64,000 bases of DNA from Sphagnum compactum (Eukaryota): the NCBI GenBank assembly GCA_965153455.1, contig OZ234493.1:6624213-6688212 (forward strand), in the 5' to 3' direction. Shown here one piece after another: positions 1 to 13,763 of this stretch. How positions within the stretch are numbered: the stretch's first letter is position 1; each line of letters opens with the position of its first letter. A program made the position numbers and the translations under genes. The notes beneath the pieces were generated by a model. That model did no database searches, had not been told where the DNA came from, and worked only from the letters and a program-made list of their open reading frames with translations.

Positions 1-239
1 GGCACATCATGTTTGTTTTGACAACCTTGTTTTGAGCTTGAATTTTTCCTCTTTGTCTCCTTTCAAAAGGTTTAAAGAGCTCTTGATCACCACCTTGATT
101 GTGTTTTTAATTTGATCATCTTTCTCACGTTATGAGTTCTTGATCTTTGGGCAATATGTGTTGTGATCTGAACCTTTAGTGGTTTAGTGTTATGAGTTTA
201 TTAATATCTTTAGTAATCTTGTGATGGTGGTAGTTGTGT

Positions 240-945
240 GTTGTGCACTTTTGAAATTAAAACATTTTTCTCCTTTGTATTAGGTGTTGTTTTTTCTGGT
301 TTCAATGTTCATTTCTCCTCTCTCTTAATTATTAATTTCTTTGCTCTTAATTCTTCTTTCTTAGCTGCTATTATTTTTTATGCCGCTTTTAACACTTCTC
401 TTTCCTCTTTCTCCTCTCTTTTCACTCATGACGTCTCTTTCTCCTCTTTCTCAATTAGTGTTTTCTCCACTTTCAACACTTCTATTTTGTCTTTCTCACA
501 TGTTGTTTTTCAAGCTCTTGACACCTTTCTCCTCTCTCATAATTACTAGTGTTGGTCCTTCCTTAAGTTGGACACCTTTTTTTCCACTATTGTTATTGGT
601 CCCCTTTCCAAGTTCAATGCCTTTTTCTCCTCTCTCAGTTTTTGTCGTTGGTCCTTTCCTTTCTTTGAACTATTATTGGTCCTCTTTCTTGGAATTCAAT
701 GCCTCTCTTTCCTCTCTCACAGTTGTTACCATAGATCCTTTTTCCTTTCTTAACACCTCTCCTTCCTCTTTCTCAGCTTCTAGTATTGGTTTTCTTAATC
801 TTCTTTCTCAATTGTTATTATTAGTCCTCTTTCTTCTCTTGATCGACCTTTCTCAACTGTTGTTGCTAATATTTTATCCTCTTTCAATCCTCTCTCATCT
901 ACTGATGTTGGTCCTTTTTTTTATCTCTTTCAAACCTTTAGTCAA
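240..945. repeat. CT-rich low-complexity degenerate repeat
   Basis: Recurrent CCTCTCTCA...TTGGTCC units. This composition explains the Leu/Ser/Phe-rich ORFs here. Confidence 0.7.
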
Positions 946-1329
946 CTAACTAGTTACTTCCTTTTCCTTTAATCATTGGAAAATAACAAGCTTGTTGTTC
1001 AATGCCTTTGTGCTTACTACCTAGCCTATTGTTGAACCCATATTGTGTAGTTTAGATTCATGCCTTTGTAATTGTGTTGATATACTCACAAACCTATTTG
1101 AAAATCATGGTGAAAGTAGTCACCCACTTCAATTACAATTGTTAGAATCTAAGCTACAGTGAAATATGTTCTAACACAATTTTCATCAATTTTTTTCAAA
1201 CTATTCAATTTGCTGTAGAATTGATCAATGCACATATTCATTTGGCTCATTTATTTTCCTTATCCTTTTGTTTTCCTTCTCTGATTTCCTCTGCATTTTC
1301 CTTTTCCATTTCTTTTCTCTTTAGGATAT

Positions 1330-2994
1330 CTAGGTATTCAAAACTAGTCACAAGATGTGACTAAGAATAATTGATTAATAATTTTTCCCTTTTTGTACGT
1401 CTTGCAAGTAAATGAAGTAGTGATAATAGGTTATGCACCCTCATGGATTCCTAGGTTAGATTTGGAGACTATTGGGTTTCTTGCAGCAAATTTTGAGTAT
1501 CTTCAAAACTATCCTCATTTAGGTTTACAACATTAATATCTTATGATAGTTGTTTTATCATCATAATGCTTTGAGGTCTATTTACATAATAATGTTGGTT
1601 ATTCTTTAGCTTGTAGGTAGATAGATCTTCAGATGTTGGATGTTGAGATATTTTAACTATATGGAAAAAATTCATAGCAAAAGATTCCTTCCCCCCTTTT
1701 TTGATTATTCTTAGATTCCTCTTCTGTTGTGTAATCTTCTTCATTTCTTGCATTTTTCGTGTTTGTTGCAATATAAACCTCTGATGGTTAAGTCTTGCCA
1801 TACATAGCCTTTGAGTTGAAAAGCCATATACATATATTTAAAACCCAAACTTGATGTTTTATTCTAATTGATTACTTTAACACCTGATCTATCCATCCAG
1901 TTATAATTATCTTGTTTAGTTCCATGTAATCGCTTCTAGACATAATTACAACCCTAAGTTTTTTTAATGTTATTTTAAAAGGCTTGAACAAGACACATCT
2001 AATGGTTGCAATGCATGTGATGTGTACAATGGCAGTGTGATCATGTCTAACCTTAACTCTTTTGCTTGTTCTATTACTTTCAAAGTAACATGGCTAGCAT
2101 GCCCACCCAAAATTAACAAATGTTGATTGGTGAAAGGCACTCCACCTAAAACTGATTTTTAAAAAAAAGATAGAAACTCTGTGAATAAGAAAATAATCAT
2201 CCAGTTATTTTTTACATTGCCATACAAATACCTAGTTTACAGAATTTTGATGTAATATTTCACAATCTTTCACCTCTAAAGGCAAAACCCAGGTAGAACA
2301 CCTCTTCCAACATTCACTGCACAATTTATAATTCACCATTCCCAAGACTTGGGGACAATGCTATAAATTGCATTATCCTTTTCTAGCTAGAACTCTTTGT
2401 TTCAAATTGTTTACCAACTTGCATGCATGTTTCATCAAAATTCCATATATGATTTGAATTATAATTGTGTTGGTTGTATAGTGATTACAAGTTGGTGTAA
2501 AAAGAGTTGCATGTAATGGGTGTTAGATCTTGTGTTTTGCAAATTTCCAATCCTTCTGCTTGTCAAATGTTGATTTATGGATGTCTACACTTGAACCAAT
2601 ACCACCAATCGTTGCTTGGTATCCCATCCTAGAATGTTGTAGCCTTTGTTTATGTTAGCTTCGCAACTTTCATCTAAATAGTTGTTGCAAGCTTATGGAC
2701 AATCCACATTCTTACATAACTAATGTCCATGTAATCATTATTGCATCCTCTTCTTCTATAAGCACACCTCATGGCCCCATTTTCATAGATCTAGTTTTTC
2801 CATCCACATGATTAGGACTTGTTGGAGTCTGATATGACCCAACCAACAATATGCCTTTCTTTTCCTTGTGAATAACCCAAGAATCCAAAAATTGTAATAC
2901 ATTCGAAAATTTTGTTATAACATGTTCCAATAGAAGATGTTGATCTAAATTGGGATAATTTTGCAAATAACATCATGTGCATGTAGTGGGAAGG
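1330..2994 (-). pseudogene. Decayed pogo/Tc1-mariner (DDE_1-type) transposase
   Basis: Frame-broken motifs NHIWNFDET, HLLILGGHASHV and LDMITLPLYTSHALQPLDVSC (LQPLD motif of DDE_1 transposases). Boundaries approximate. Confidence 0.85.
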
Positions 2995-2997
2995 AAT

Positions 2998-3958
2998 CAC
3001 TTCAACAAATCATGGTTTATTTGATTGGAAAAGACCAAAAACCAATCATTTTGACATTTGGTCGATTTGACCACTTAGTCACACTAGACAAGTCAATTTG
3101 AACATGTCCAACTTGATTGGTGGTTTTTTTTACTGACCATAAAATGGTCCTTTTGACTAGTCAAATTGGACAAAAATTTAGGCAGCCAAAAAAATTAATT
3201 AAAAAAAACTCAAAATTTAGATATATAAATATAATAAAAAATAATAAGTACATACCCACCCATCCACCATGGCCTCCTACCTACCTATCCACAACCCACC
3301 TAGATATTATACATTTACACACATGTACAAGGTATATATATGAATATACATACTTCACATAATATATGTTGATAAAGGGGATTGAACCTAGGTCTATTTG
3401 ACTCCACACCAATGTCTTGCCCATCAAACCACCACATCATTTTGTAAAACAATATGATACCAAATGCATTTAACATGTTTCCTTCAATGAAATTTTTTGT
3501 TGATGTGTATAACAACATTTGAATGTCAATTTTTTTCATAAGTAAGGAGGTACATGTGCCTACCTACCTATGTTTTTAGATGTACATATTTACTTATGTA
3601 AAATATAGGTAGGTATGTGGGTACATAGTAGGTAAGTAGGTAGGTAGGTAACCTAACAGGCATAATAAGTAGGGTAGCTAATTAAATTAAAATGGTCAAT
3701 TTGACTAAATATGGCCATTCAGTATGGCTGATATGATTAAAGGATGGGCATCTTGATGAACCATTTTAAAAATTTGTCCCTTTTAACTAAATGTACAACT
3801 CAACATTTGGTCAAAATGGTCACTTTAATGAAAAAAACCAACCAAAAGAACATGTGTCTTTCATGCCCCATGTTTTTAGTCAAAACCAACATCCTTTTGG
3901 TCAATGTAAACATTTCAGTCAAGTTGAACCTTTTGAAAAGCCATGATTTGTTGTAGTG
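2998..3958. mobile_element. Non-autonomous CACTA (En/Spm) element, 961 bp
   Basis: TIRs CACTTCAACAAATCATGG ... CCATGATTTGTTGTAGTG, a perfect 3-bp TSD AAT (2995-2997 / 3959-3961), and subterminal TTGAC/GTCAA repeats. Inserted in the 5' part of a pogo-like remnant. Confidence 0.9.
3371..3440 (-). pseudogene. Degenerate tRNA-like (SINE head-like) sequence inside the CACTA element
   Basis: A-box-like TGGTTTGATGG and B-box GGTTCAATCCC at tRNA spacing; the stems are imperfect. Confidence 0.5.
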
Positions 3959-6169
3959 AATCTATAGGAACAATTGATATGATTTAGTTGATCCTTAATT
4001 TTCTTGAATCTCCTTGATGCAGCATTTTAGACCATGGATTATTGGATCTAGCAGTAATCCAAAATATTTTTTGAACCTTTGATTGTAAATTTGATCTAGA
4101 ACTTCAATTTGTTTTTCCAATGTTGATCCCCTTTCTACATGTTTTACTTTCATGTTATTTTTTGTTTTTTGCAAATTTACTTTTGAATCTAATTTTTAGT
4201 TTTTTACTTACTTTACCTTCTCTTTGTAACCCCCATAATCAAACATTTTATTTTATTTTTTTAATCTTGGTTTTGTTTTGTGAAAAAAAGTTCATCCTAC
4301 CCCTAAGAATGTGCTGGTCTTTCATATCACCAAACAATTTTTTTAGTTTTTTGGGTTCATTTTTTATGAAAAGCTCAACCCACCCTTAAAAAATGACATT
4401 GCCACCATATTTGTTCTCAAGTATGTGCATTACAATGTGCAAGTCCTCTCCCATCACTAAACATGACTACATGTAACATAGTTACATTTTTTTAATTGTA
4501 TATTGATTTTTCCCACACCCATAACAACACACCACATAAAATCATAAATGGATAATACAAAAAAAAACACATTTTTCAAGATTGGGCATCTAGTCATAAG
4601 GTTGCATAAAAACACTTATAGGAACAAATGTGACCATTGATTAATGCTAGTTGGCACAAAAAGGGTGGGGTGGATTGTTTGGACTGTCACAATTGTAATT
4701 TTTCTGGATTATAAATGAACTTAAAATGGAAAATCATATCAAACATTAAAAAATTCAATTTTTTCATTATCTGTGTTGTAATAGACTTTAGTGAAAATCT
4801 TATTAAAAATTATGGATGAGTTTTACGAAAAGAATGGACTCATTGTAGACTTTTGAAATGATGACATTATGTTTGTCACACACAAAAAATGAAAAATGTG
4901 AATTCAAAAAAAATGTCATAGTAATATTAGAATAAAACATAAAGAATAGGACACCATAAAATGAATAATTTAATTGTAAGATGCATTAAAAATTTTCCAA
5001 TATATATATTTTTCATATTTAAAAATTTAATTTGACATGATTTTTGTCCTTTTGTATAATTGATATTCCATTTCACATTGAAATCTTTTAACTTTTCTCT
5101 AAATTTCTTGACTAATCACATGTTTAGGGATATTTAGAGGGTGGTTTATTAATATTTGTGACAAAACCATAGGGGATAATTATAGGATTTATAGTTTGAT
5201 AATTATTCTAAATGCAAGAATTATAACTAATGTAAGATGTGGACTCTTCAGAATGTGCTAGGGCATCCTAGTAACTAGAGGGTTACTGATGGTAATGACT
5301 TACCATCCTTTACTAAAGGTTGAAGCTAATGGGATTAGTTAGTTGAATGGTTAGTGGTAATCCACTAATCACTTAGTGGATTTTTAGGAAGAATTAAGAT
5401 AAAGACCCATTTTCATGGGGATGATATGGGCCTTGTGTGGTCTTGTGAGGAAAGGGATTAGGAGTATGAAAAGAGGACTTGGGAGGATTATATATTGGTA
5501 TTATAAATGGGATTGAGTGTAAGAGAATCTTCTATAGGGGAAAGAGGTGCATGTGACATTGGAGAGAAAATAAAATAATACAGAAACAAGTTGTATTCTT
5601 ATTTTTGCAATGGAAATGGTTGATTGATTCTCATGTTTCTTGTTGGTGTTTTTGTTCTATTTAAGTATGATAGAAAGATAATGAGAATAATTCATATTAA
5701 AAGACTATAAGAAATGTTGTTCATTTTGACCATATTTTTGCGACTACTATGCGACTAATGTCCAAACCAATTGATTTTATGACTAGCACTATGTTAGTTC
5801 TACGTGTCCATGTAGTTGCAACTTGTTGTAGTCACATATGCAACTACAAGAAGGGTTGAACCAAATTCTAGTTGTAGATGTGATTGTAACTTATGACTAA
5901 AATGATTTTCATTGAAAATGTAAATGAAAAGTGAACAATGTCATCCAATTTTGACTGCATTCATTGATGGATGATAACATAGTTGTTTTTGCAACTACAA
6001 ATGAAAGGTTTTTCAACTGCAATAATATATCTATCACATGAACAAATAAACATAAACCACAAATGGTAAACTTTGTTATTTCAATTAGACTATTATCCTT
6101 TCAATGTACCCATCCATGGGTCTTCTTTGTAATTATCCATGGGTATTCCATGATATATTATTTAATAGC

Positions 6170-7210
6170 TAATAGTTTGTTAGAAAAGGTTATTATAACC
6201 TAGTTGGTAAACTAAGCTAGCTAAGCTTAATAGGTTACGTTAAACTAAGTAGGCATATGTACATTCGTAGCCTAGCTTAGCTTGCATACTTAATTAATTG
6301 GCCTAAGTTATCTATAGGTAATAATAGGTTAGTTTGTTAAGTGTAGCTAATAGGCCAGGCTATGAAGGTTAGACCTAGTTAAGCTAGGTAGGTAGTTGGT
6401 AGGCTAAGTCATTAATTAATTGGTAAACTAAGTAATAGGTAGTAAGTAGGATAGGTAGTAGGTAGGTTTATTAATTTATTGTGTGAATATGTGATCATCT
6501 TTTCATATTAATTATGTTAGGTACTTAATCAATTAATTAGTTAGGCTAGGTAGTATGTAATAAGTAGGATAGGTACTAATAGGTAGTAGGTAGGGAGGTA
6601 AGCTAAGCAAGTAGTATTTTATTTTGTGGATATGTCATAATGTTTCTATATTAATTGATAAAATATTTAGTTATGTTAAACAATTAATTTATTAAATATA
6701 GGGTAGATAATTACTTTATTAGGTAGGTTAAGTATTAGATACTAGGTATGTAACCTAGGTAGTATGTAATAAATAGGATAGGTACTAGTAGGTAGTAAGT
6801 AGGTAGGTAAGCTAAACAAAAGGTATTTATTTTGTGGATATGTCATAATGTTTTTGTATTAAATGTAGGGTAGGTAATTAATTTATTAGGTAGGCTAGGT
6901 AATAGATAGTACGTATGTAACCTAGATAGTATGTAATAAGTAGGATAACTACTAGTAGATAGTAGGTAGGTAGGTTATAAGTTAACCAAGAGGTATTTTA
7001 TTTTGTGGATATGTTGTAGTGTTTTTGTATTAATTGATTAATTAATTAGCTATGTTAAGCAATTAATTTATTAAATGTAAGCTAGGATATTAATTTATTA
7101 GGTAGGCTAGATAGAAGATAGTAAGTATGTAGCCTAGGTAGTATGTGATAAGTAGGATAGGTAATAGTAAGTAGTAGGTAAGTTAAATTGTAAATATTTT
7201 ATTATGTGGA
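6170..7210. repeat. Low-complexity TAGG/TAAG-rich tract with degenerate ~170-210-bp higher-order units
   Basis: GTAGTATGTAATAAGTAGGATA and TTTTGTGGATATG each recur about four times. A similar tract lies at ~37840-38460. Confidence 0.75.
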
Positions 7211-10200
7211 TATATTGAATAACTTAAAATATAACTTGAAATAACATATATTAACTTAAAATAGAATAACCTTAAGTATAACATAGGTTTAATTAAATAT
7301 TTTAGTTTTAAATACTTTAAAATAGAAAGCCTATAATAAACTAGGATATTTTAAGGTATAATGACCTATAATAATTTAAGGTATAACCAAGGGTATGTTA
7401 ATTTATAATAACATATAATAATTTACAATAATTTAATTTATAAGTTAAAATAAATAGGCTAGCCTAAAATATTATAGGGTATAACTTAAAGTAGCTTTTA
7501 AGGTATTTAAAATAACAACATAAAATTAAACCTATTTACCATAGTAAATTATACTAGTAATGAAACATGATGTTTACATAGTGACCCTATAATGAAATAA
7601 CTTTAAGTAGGGTGAAATCATTAAAGTGCAGTGAACTTATACCTCTTTTAAAGTCCCATAACGATTTAGGCCAATGAACTGCACCTCACTTTAGTATTAG
7701 TGTGGGGGATGGGGAGTTGTTTGGTTCCCATTTGGTTTAACCAATAGGAAGGACAAAAAGGTGGAAACATAACACTCATTTGCACTAAATAGTTATGGGG
7801 CACTTGCTTAAGAAAACTTGGACATATTTGGGGATGGTGTTGTTGGTTGTTGATAGCTTGTCGTGCACAAGGTGTGAAGTTTTACCTTAGAATTAATTGG
7901 TTTCTCCCACATTTATAATGCACCTCTCTAGGAAGCCAAATATATAGATGATATGCAAATCCAACGTCATATGAAACCATGTAGAAAATTCAAAAATATG
8001 TATTTAAAATTTATTTATTTATTTATGTAAACTAATTAATGTGAAAATTGTGGATCTTGATTACAAATCATGACACATCATGATTTCATGTCACATCATG
8101 TTTGATTGTGAGACACATTTCATCCATTGCAAATGCATTTTAGTCATAAAAACATCGTTCAACCATTGATGTTTTTGTTCATTCAAAGGGTGAAATGTGT
8201 TAGGTCCCTTATTGGTTTGGTGACAAGCCAAGCTATTGAGCTTAATGAAACTAATGATTTTTTGAAGCTTGGAGATACAAGGCAATGGCACACCACCACC
8301 TCCCACCATCAATATAATGTGATTGGCCTCATTATGTGGCACCTAGCATTGGCAATGGTGACCTCTTGCTGCAACTTTCATTAGTTATATAGTTGTCAAC
8401 TTTTCTTTCTATTTTGTTGTGAAACTTGTTGCAACTACTGTCACTAATGTGGGCCATCTAATTCACACATCAAATTTTTTGAAAATCATTTTTTTTCCCC
8501 ACATTTTTTACAAAAAGCTTATAATTTGTAAAAGAATAGTAATGAATCATGTTTCAATGTCTTATGCTTTTCTTGTTACATTTCTTCTACCTAATCGTGC
8601 AAATACCAATGCTCACAACATCATACCATTGGGAGCATAATCTTTTATGTAGAGTCAAACAAACCAGTCTAAACACAACATCACAATAAAAAAACAACCA
8701 AATTAGTTTTGTTGCTTCCAAAACATTACAAACAATTGGACACAAATGTTGGTTTGGACTTAAAATGTTTTCTACTTATTAGATTGAATGGTACCATCTA
8801 TTGCTTATAATTCTTATTTCTTTTTGTTGTCATGATGAATGAGGTAAAAAATTATCTCATCAATCCTAGTTTCTTTGCAAGAAACACATTTCACCTTTGA
8901 GGACATAGACTTGGTCAAAGATGAAGTAAAGCCAAATACTAAATTCAATGGTAATTCACCTCTTCTTACAAAATTGGCACCTCCATTGATATTAACTCCT
9001 AAAAATCTTCTAGTAACATATGTACACCTATTAGTAGGGAAACACCATGGTGCTCATTTACTTTTTTCGTACCCACCCCAAGTAAATTTAATTTTACATA
9101 AATAACATCCTAATTACTAATTGTATTACCACCAACAATATGTAAATTATAATCCATGTTGGGATCAAAGGATGTCATTCATCACATTGTATGTGTATTT
9201 AAGAATAACAAATATGGATGAAGATAATCACTTCATCTTTTGAGGGTCAAACCATGCTATTAGGAGCCACCTTAGCATAACTGGTCTTTTTAGCATTACA
9301 AGAGTCATAAACTAAGATGATGTTAAAATCATGTGTTGTATTTGTATGTTCACCTTTTTAAACTACCAATCTAGCATTAAAATAAGTTTGAAAATGGTCC
9401 AATAAATATAAAATATCTTTCAGCAAATTTTATAACTCATAACTAGTGTTTTTCATGTTCACAAAACACAATGAAATAGTGTAAGTAAAAGGATTATCTA
9501 AGCACAATGTTTTTACATTGTCACAATGTGATTTAAGAGACATTGGTGATTCCTATTAGGATGGTTTGACCCTTCATAAATTCATGACTTCTAAGCAATG
9601 ACAATATGCATAGACTTGTTGGGGAATTTAATCAAGCTAGCATCGGCAAAAAAAACAATGCTCATACAAAACTTTATTATGAAATTCAATACAATAGACT
9701 TAAAGATAAATCAAACGATACATTAAAATGACAAAATAAACTATAACATGTGTCCCAACATAGAGCAATTTTGTATTTTGTAAAAGAAGTATTATAGCAT
9801 GGAACAACATGAATATGAATTTGTAGGAAAACAAGGTTGAAAAAGGTTATAATGCAAAGGTCATACTTCATTCTAATGTTGATCAACTAAAATTCAATTG
9901 GTTGTGTTACAACTATTTTATGACTATTTTGAAAGCAAGATCCTAAAACTTCCATATAAATTTTCATATGTGACCCATCTTCCAAGCAACCTAAATAGAC
10001 TTGGGATTTATCTTTATTCTATATCAATTATATATTTTTTCGAAAGTAAATAGGATCTTATTGTAGAATTAATTACATAATAATTTTATGCAACAACCAA
10101 TATGTGGGAACTTAAAGCTTTTACTCATTTAATTTTTCAATTCCACCAAAAATGCTATTTTCTAGATCTATACCCAATATGGATTAAAAGACACTAATAC

Positions 10201-10935
10201 AAAATAAGGTTTTGAGGTAGCATTGCAACTAAATTTCAATTGTAAAGTCAAGGATACTAGTTTGAAATGATAAAGTACGTTCATTTTAAGTCACATCAAA
10301 ACTTAGTATTTCTACAATAACAAGATACTTAATTTTCTCTATTTTATTATCTAACCTATAACCAAATTTGATTAAGTTCTCTTGTGGATGATTGACAAAC
10401 CGCCTACATAAAAAAATTGGAAAAAAGAAGTAGAATATAATGTCTTTAAAGTTGAAATTGAAAATATTGACTTTTAAACTAGAATTATGAAATTAAAGAC
10501 ATATGAGTTTAAATTATCTAATGTCAGAAGTGAACTCATTTCATTGTGATTATTTTCATTCAATAAGAATATTATAGTTGAATTTAAGGCCAAATCAAAA
10601 ACTTAAATTATTGTATTGTTTTTACACCTGAAATTAAATAAATTAAAAATTTAAATTAGACTCAAAATTGAAATAAATTGGACATAACGAAAAAAATTAT
10701 ACTTGGATTTATAACCTAAATTATTTAATTTTTAAAAATGCATTTGATCTTTTCAAGTAATTAAAAATTTGTAATTAAAAAATGAATTGAATTAAATAAT
10801 TTTTATTAAAAACATGATGCACGTGCAATCAATTTCATTTTGAAACTACATAATTATATAATAAGGTTATTATGAAAAAGATCAAAATATATGTGTGTTT
10901 ATATGTTTAATGACACCATTTCTTATTCTATCACA

Positions 10936-11005
10936 TGAGGTGGTGGCTAGATGGTAAAGGCTTTGGATTGTTATAAGGAGGCAAAGGTTCAAATTTCATT
11001 TTGAA
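10936..11005 (+). pseudogene. Degenerate tRNA-like sequence
   Basis: A-box TGGCTAGATGG and decayed B-box GGTTCAAATTT at tRNA spacing. Confidence 0.35.
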
Positions 11006-11799
11006 TGCGTTATGATTGTAATCAACATGACTAAAAACAATCATGATGATGAAACAATAAGTTGTAATATTAATAAATAAAAATACATGAATCACAATTT
11101 CATTGATCCATCAGAGGTAGATTAATGATTTATAATTTGTCAATATTCAGCCCAAATGTTTTTATTTATGGGGCATTGGAATTGTGGGTCCAAAATGACA
11201 ATGTTTTCAACTTGTCCATGTAATTTGATTGAAAAAAAAGAGAAAAATGAATTAAATATTTTGAATTAAAAAAACAGTCCCATGACATTAATTAATAATT
11301 TAGTTATCCTAGTCATTTCAAACTTAGTCAGCTTAGTCATTTCAATTAACACAGACATAGTTAAATTTGTGGCATGAATGATTGGTCCATTATGAGTAAA
11401 AAGCCATTTTTGTTTAATGTCCATTATGATTAAAATTTTGAAAATATGATTAAAATCAATAAAAGAAAAACTAGTGTATAAACTTGGTTTGTAATAGTGA
11501 GTGGCATTCATACAAATGAAGATCATCCATGGGTGATGAATAAACTACATGGAATATAAATTAATGAATGTTAATTTATTTCTCAATAATGATGAAAATA
11601 TGTTTTATAACTTAATAAATTAAGGTCACATCAATGGTTCATATATTATATTTCAACATGATATGGTTTTATCATCTAAATGTTAATAGTCCAAAGTCAA
11701 AACATTGAAGACACTTGCCACCCAATCCAAATGGGTCCTACAGTTTTTTGAGAAACCCAAAAAATCTGAAAATTCTTAACAACTCAATGCCTTGGGGGA

Positions 11800-12720
11800 T
11801 TAGAGCCTCTATTATACCTTTCATTTAATTATGTGAACAATCAATGACATCAACGTCCGTATTAGCAAGCCTAACAAAAAGTTTGATTGTGCAATAATAC
11901 CAACAAACTTAGTTAAAGAAAATTAATTATCTTCAAAGATTGCACATGGCTTGTGATTTAGAAAAAGATTGACAACCTTTAATCAATGACATCAACGTCC
12001 ATATTAGCAAGCCTAACAAATTTTTTGATTGTGCAATAATACCAACAAACTTAGTTTCAATTAAAGCTTGCACATGGCTTGTGATGTAGAAATAGATTGA
12101 CAACCTTTAATCATTGACATCAATGTCCATATTAATAAGCCTAACAAAAAGTTTGATTGTGCAATGATACCAACAAACTTAGTTAAAGAAAATTATGTTC
12201 AAAGCTTGCACTTGGCTTATGATTTAAAAAAAGATTGACAGCCTTTAATCATGGGTTGACATGTGCCAAGTTGATGGATGCTCATCTAGAAGTATCATGG
12301 TGCAAAAATAATGGAGCTTCTAAGTTGAGACTTGAAAGAACTTTTGACGACATCTTGAAAATTTATAGATGGTTAAAAGACAAAGATAAAGACATTAGAA
12401 ATGTTAAAATAGTTGTAGAAAATTGTAAAATGGATTATTTAGAGACTGAACACTCCTCATCAATAAATTTTGCTCCTTGGATAATCATGGTACTACCAGG
12501 TTAACCTTATGGACAACAGGCAAACTAGTCATTCAAGAAGGCACAAAAAGAATAATCCTCCACATATTTTCGAAAGTATTATGTTGCAAACATCTTCCAA
12601 CACAAAAGGATAGAGCTTGCATTTTGAATCAAATGAGTTTTTTATTTATGAAAGAGCTATTCAAATAAAAAACCAACTAATTATTGCAATCCTAGTACAT
12701 TGTAAATCTAGGGTTGCCAT
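11800..12720 (+). pseudogene. Highly decayed PIF/Harbinger-like nuclease remnant
   Basis: Fragments TINDINVRISKP (cf. AIDGTHI-x-I-x-x-P), LHMACD, FAPWII and RIELAF occur in the expected order. The similarity is weak. Confidence 0.4.
11839..12250. repeat. Three tandem copies of a ~130-140-bp unit
   Basis: AATCAATGACATCAACGTCC...AAGATTGACAACCTTT starts near 11839, 11981 and 12109. Confidence 0.9.
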
Positions 12721-13386
12721 GCATGGGCTTAAACAAATGTAAAAAAATTGAACAACCCAACCTGCATCATGGATGAACATGATAGATGTTTTTAGATTAA
12801 GATCGAGCAGAACTTCCTACGGATGACTGTGTCTTGAACAGAGGAGAAGGGAGTAGGATCTTGCAAAAATATGCAGCAAACATGATAAGAGCATCTGCAC
12901 AGGCAGCAGTAACATTGCCTGTATGTGCATAATACTTTGGATGAAACACAACCTTTAAATAGTGTAACATTCAGTTTGGACCTGTAAATATGCACAAGAC
13001 ACTATGACTTTTAAAAATGCCAATAATATAAAATGATTACATTATATGGGTTTGGGTAGTGGCATTTAAATAATCTCTTGCTATATACTGTCCAAGTTTT
13101 TGTTATTATGTCGGGATGAGGAAATTTTTAGCAATCTGTGTTGGATGTGGTAAGCATTGGTAGAGGCCCAAATAGGGCATGTGGGCGGAGATTCTCTGAA
13201 CCCATTAAAGGACAGATAGAGCCAAAAAGGAGATTATCAAAAAGAACACACATAGAAAATTACTTGAAAATACAAAACTACCACTCAAGGTGCAATGATT
13301 ATCCCTATGCTTACTCGCCACGATTCGATTTTGGGAGAAACTGGGAGATTTCCAATTGGGTGGCTTAGATATAATTGTGTATCTAA

Positions 13387-13763
13387 TGCCCGCTTTACAC
13401 TAGGTGTCAGGGCCAATGTTCAACCCAAGTCCAGCATTCCTAGTGGTGCAAAAGTTGAAATCAGCCCCAAGGGCTTTACACTAGGAGTCAAGGCTGAAAT
13501 AGAAAAAAAAAATTTCAATCTGCCCCAAGTACTAATAAATGCTGAACTCTATGGCCTTGTATTGACCCCAAGGCTGGAAAAAGGATACCATCAAATTTGG
13601 GAGGCCAATTTGCAACCCTTGGGGCCAGTGTTCCAGTATTTATTGACATCCTGATGTCAATGTTCTAGCATTTATTAGTAACTTGGGGCCAATTTGCAAA
13701 CCAAAAATGCTCAAAGTTGGGCCCAAGGTTTTTTGGCCCTGACTCCTAGTTGTAAAGCGGGCT
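13387..13763. mobile_element. Tourist-like (PIF/Harbinger) MITE, 377 bp
   Basis: TIRs GCCCGCTTTACACTAGGTGTCAGGGCCAA / TTGGCCCTGACTCCTAGTTGTAAAGCGGGC, TAA on both sides, and an extra internal TIR copy near 13471. Confidence 0.85.

Noticed and set aside
238-949. 103-189-aa Leu/Ser/Phe-rich ORFs
   Set aside because: These arise from CT-rich low-complexity sequence that lacks stop codons.
13295-13654. 119-aa ORF
   Set aside because: It runs through the TIR of a MITE and has no protein motif.
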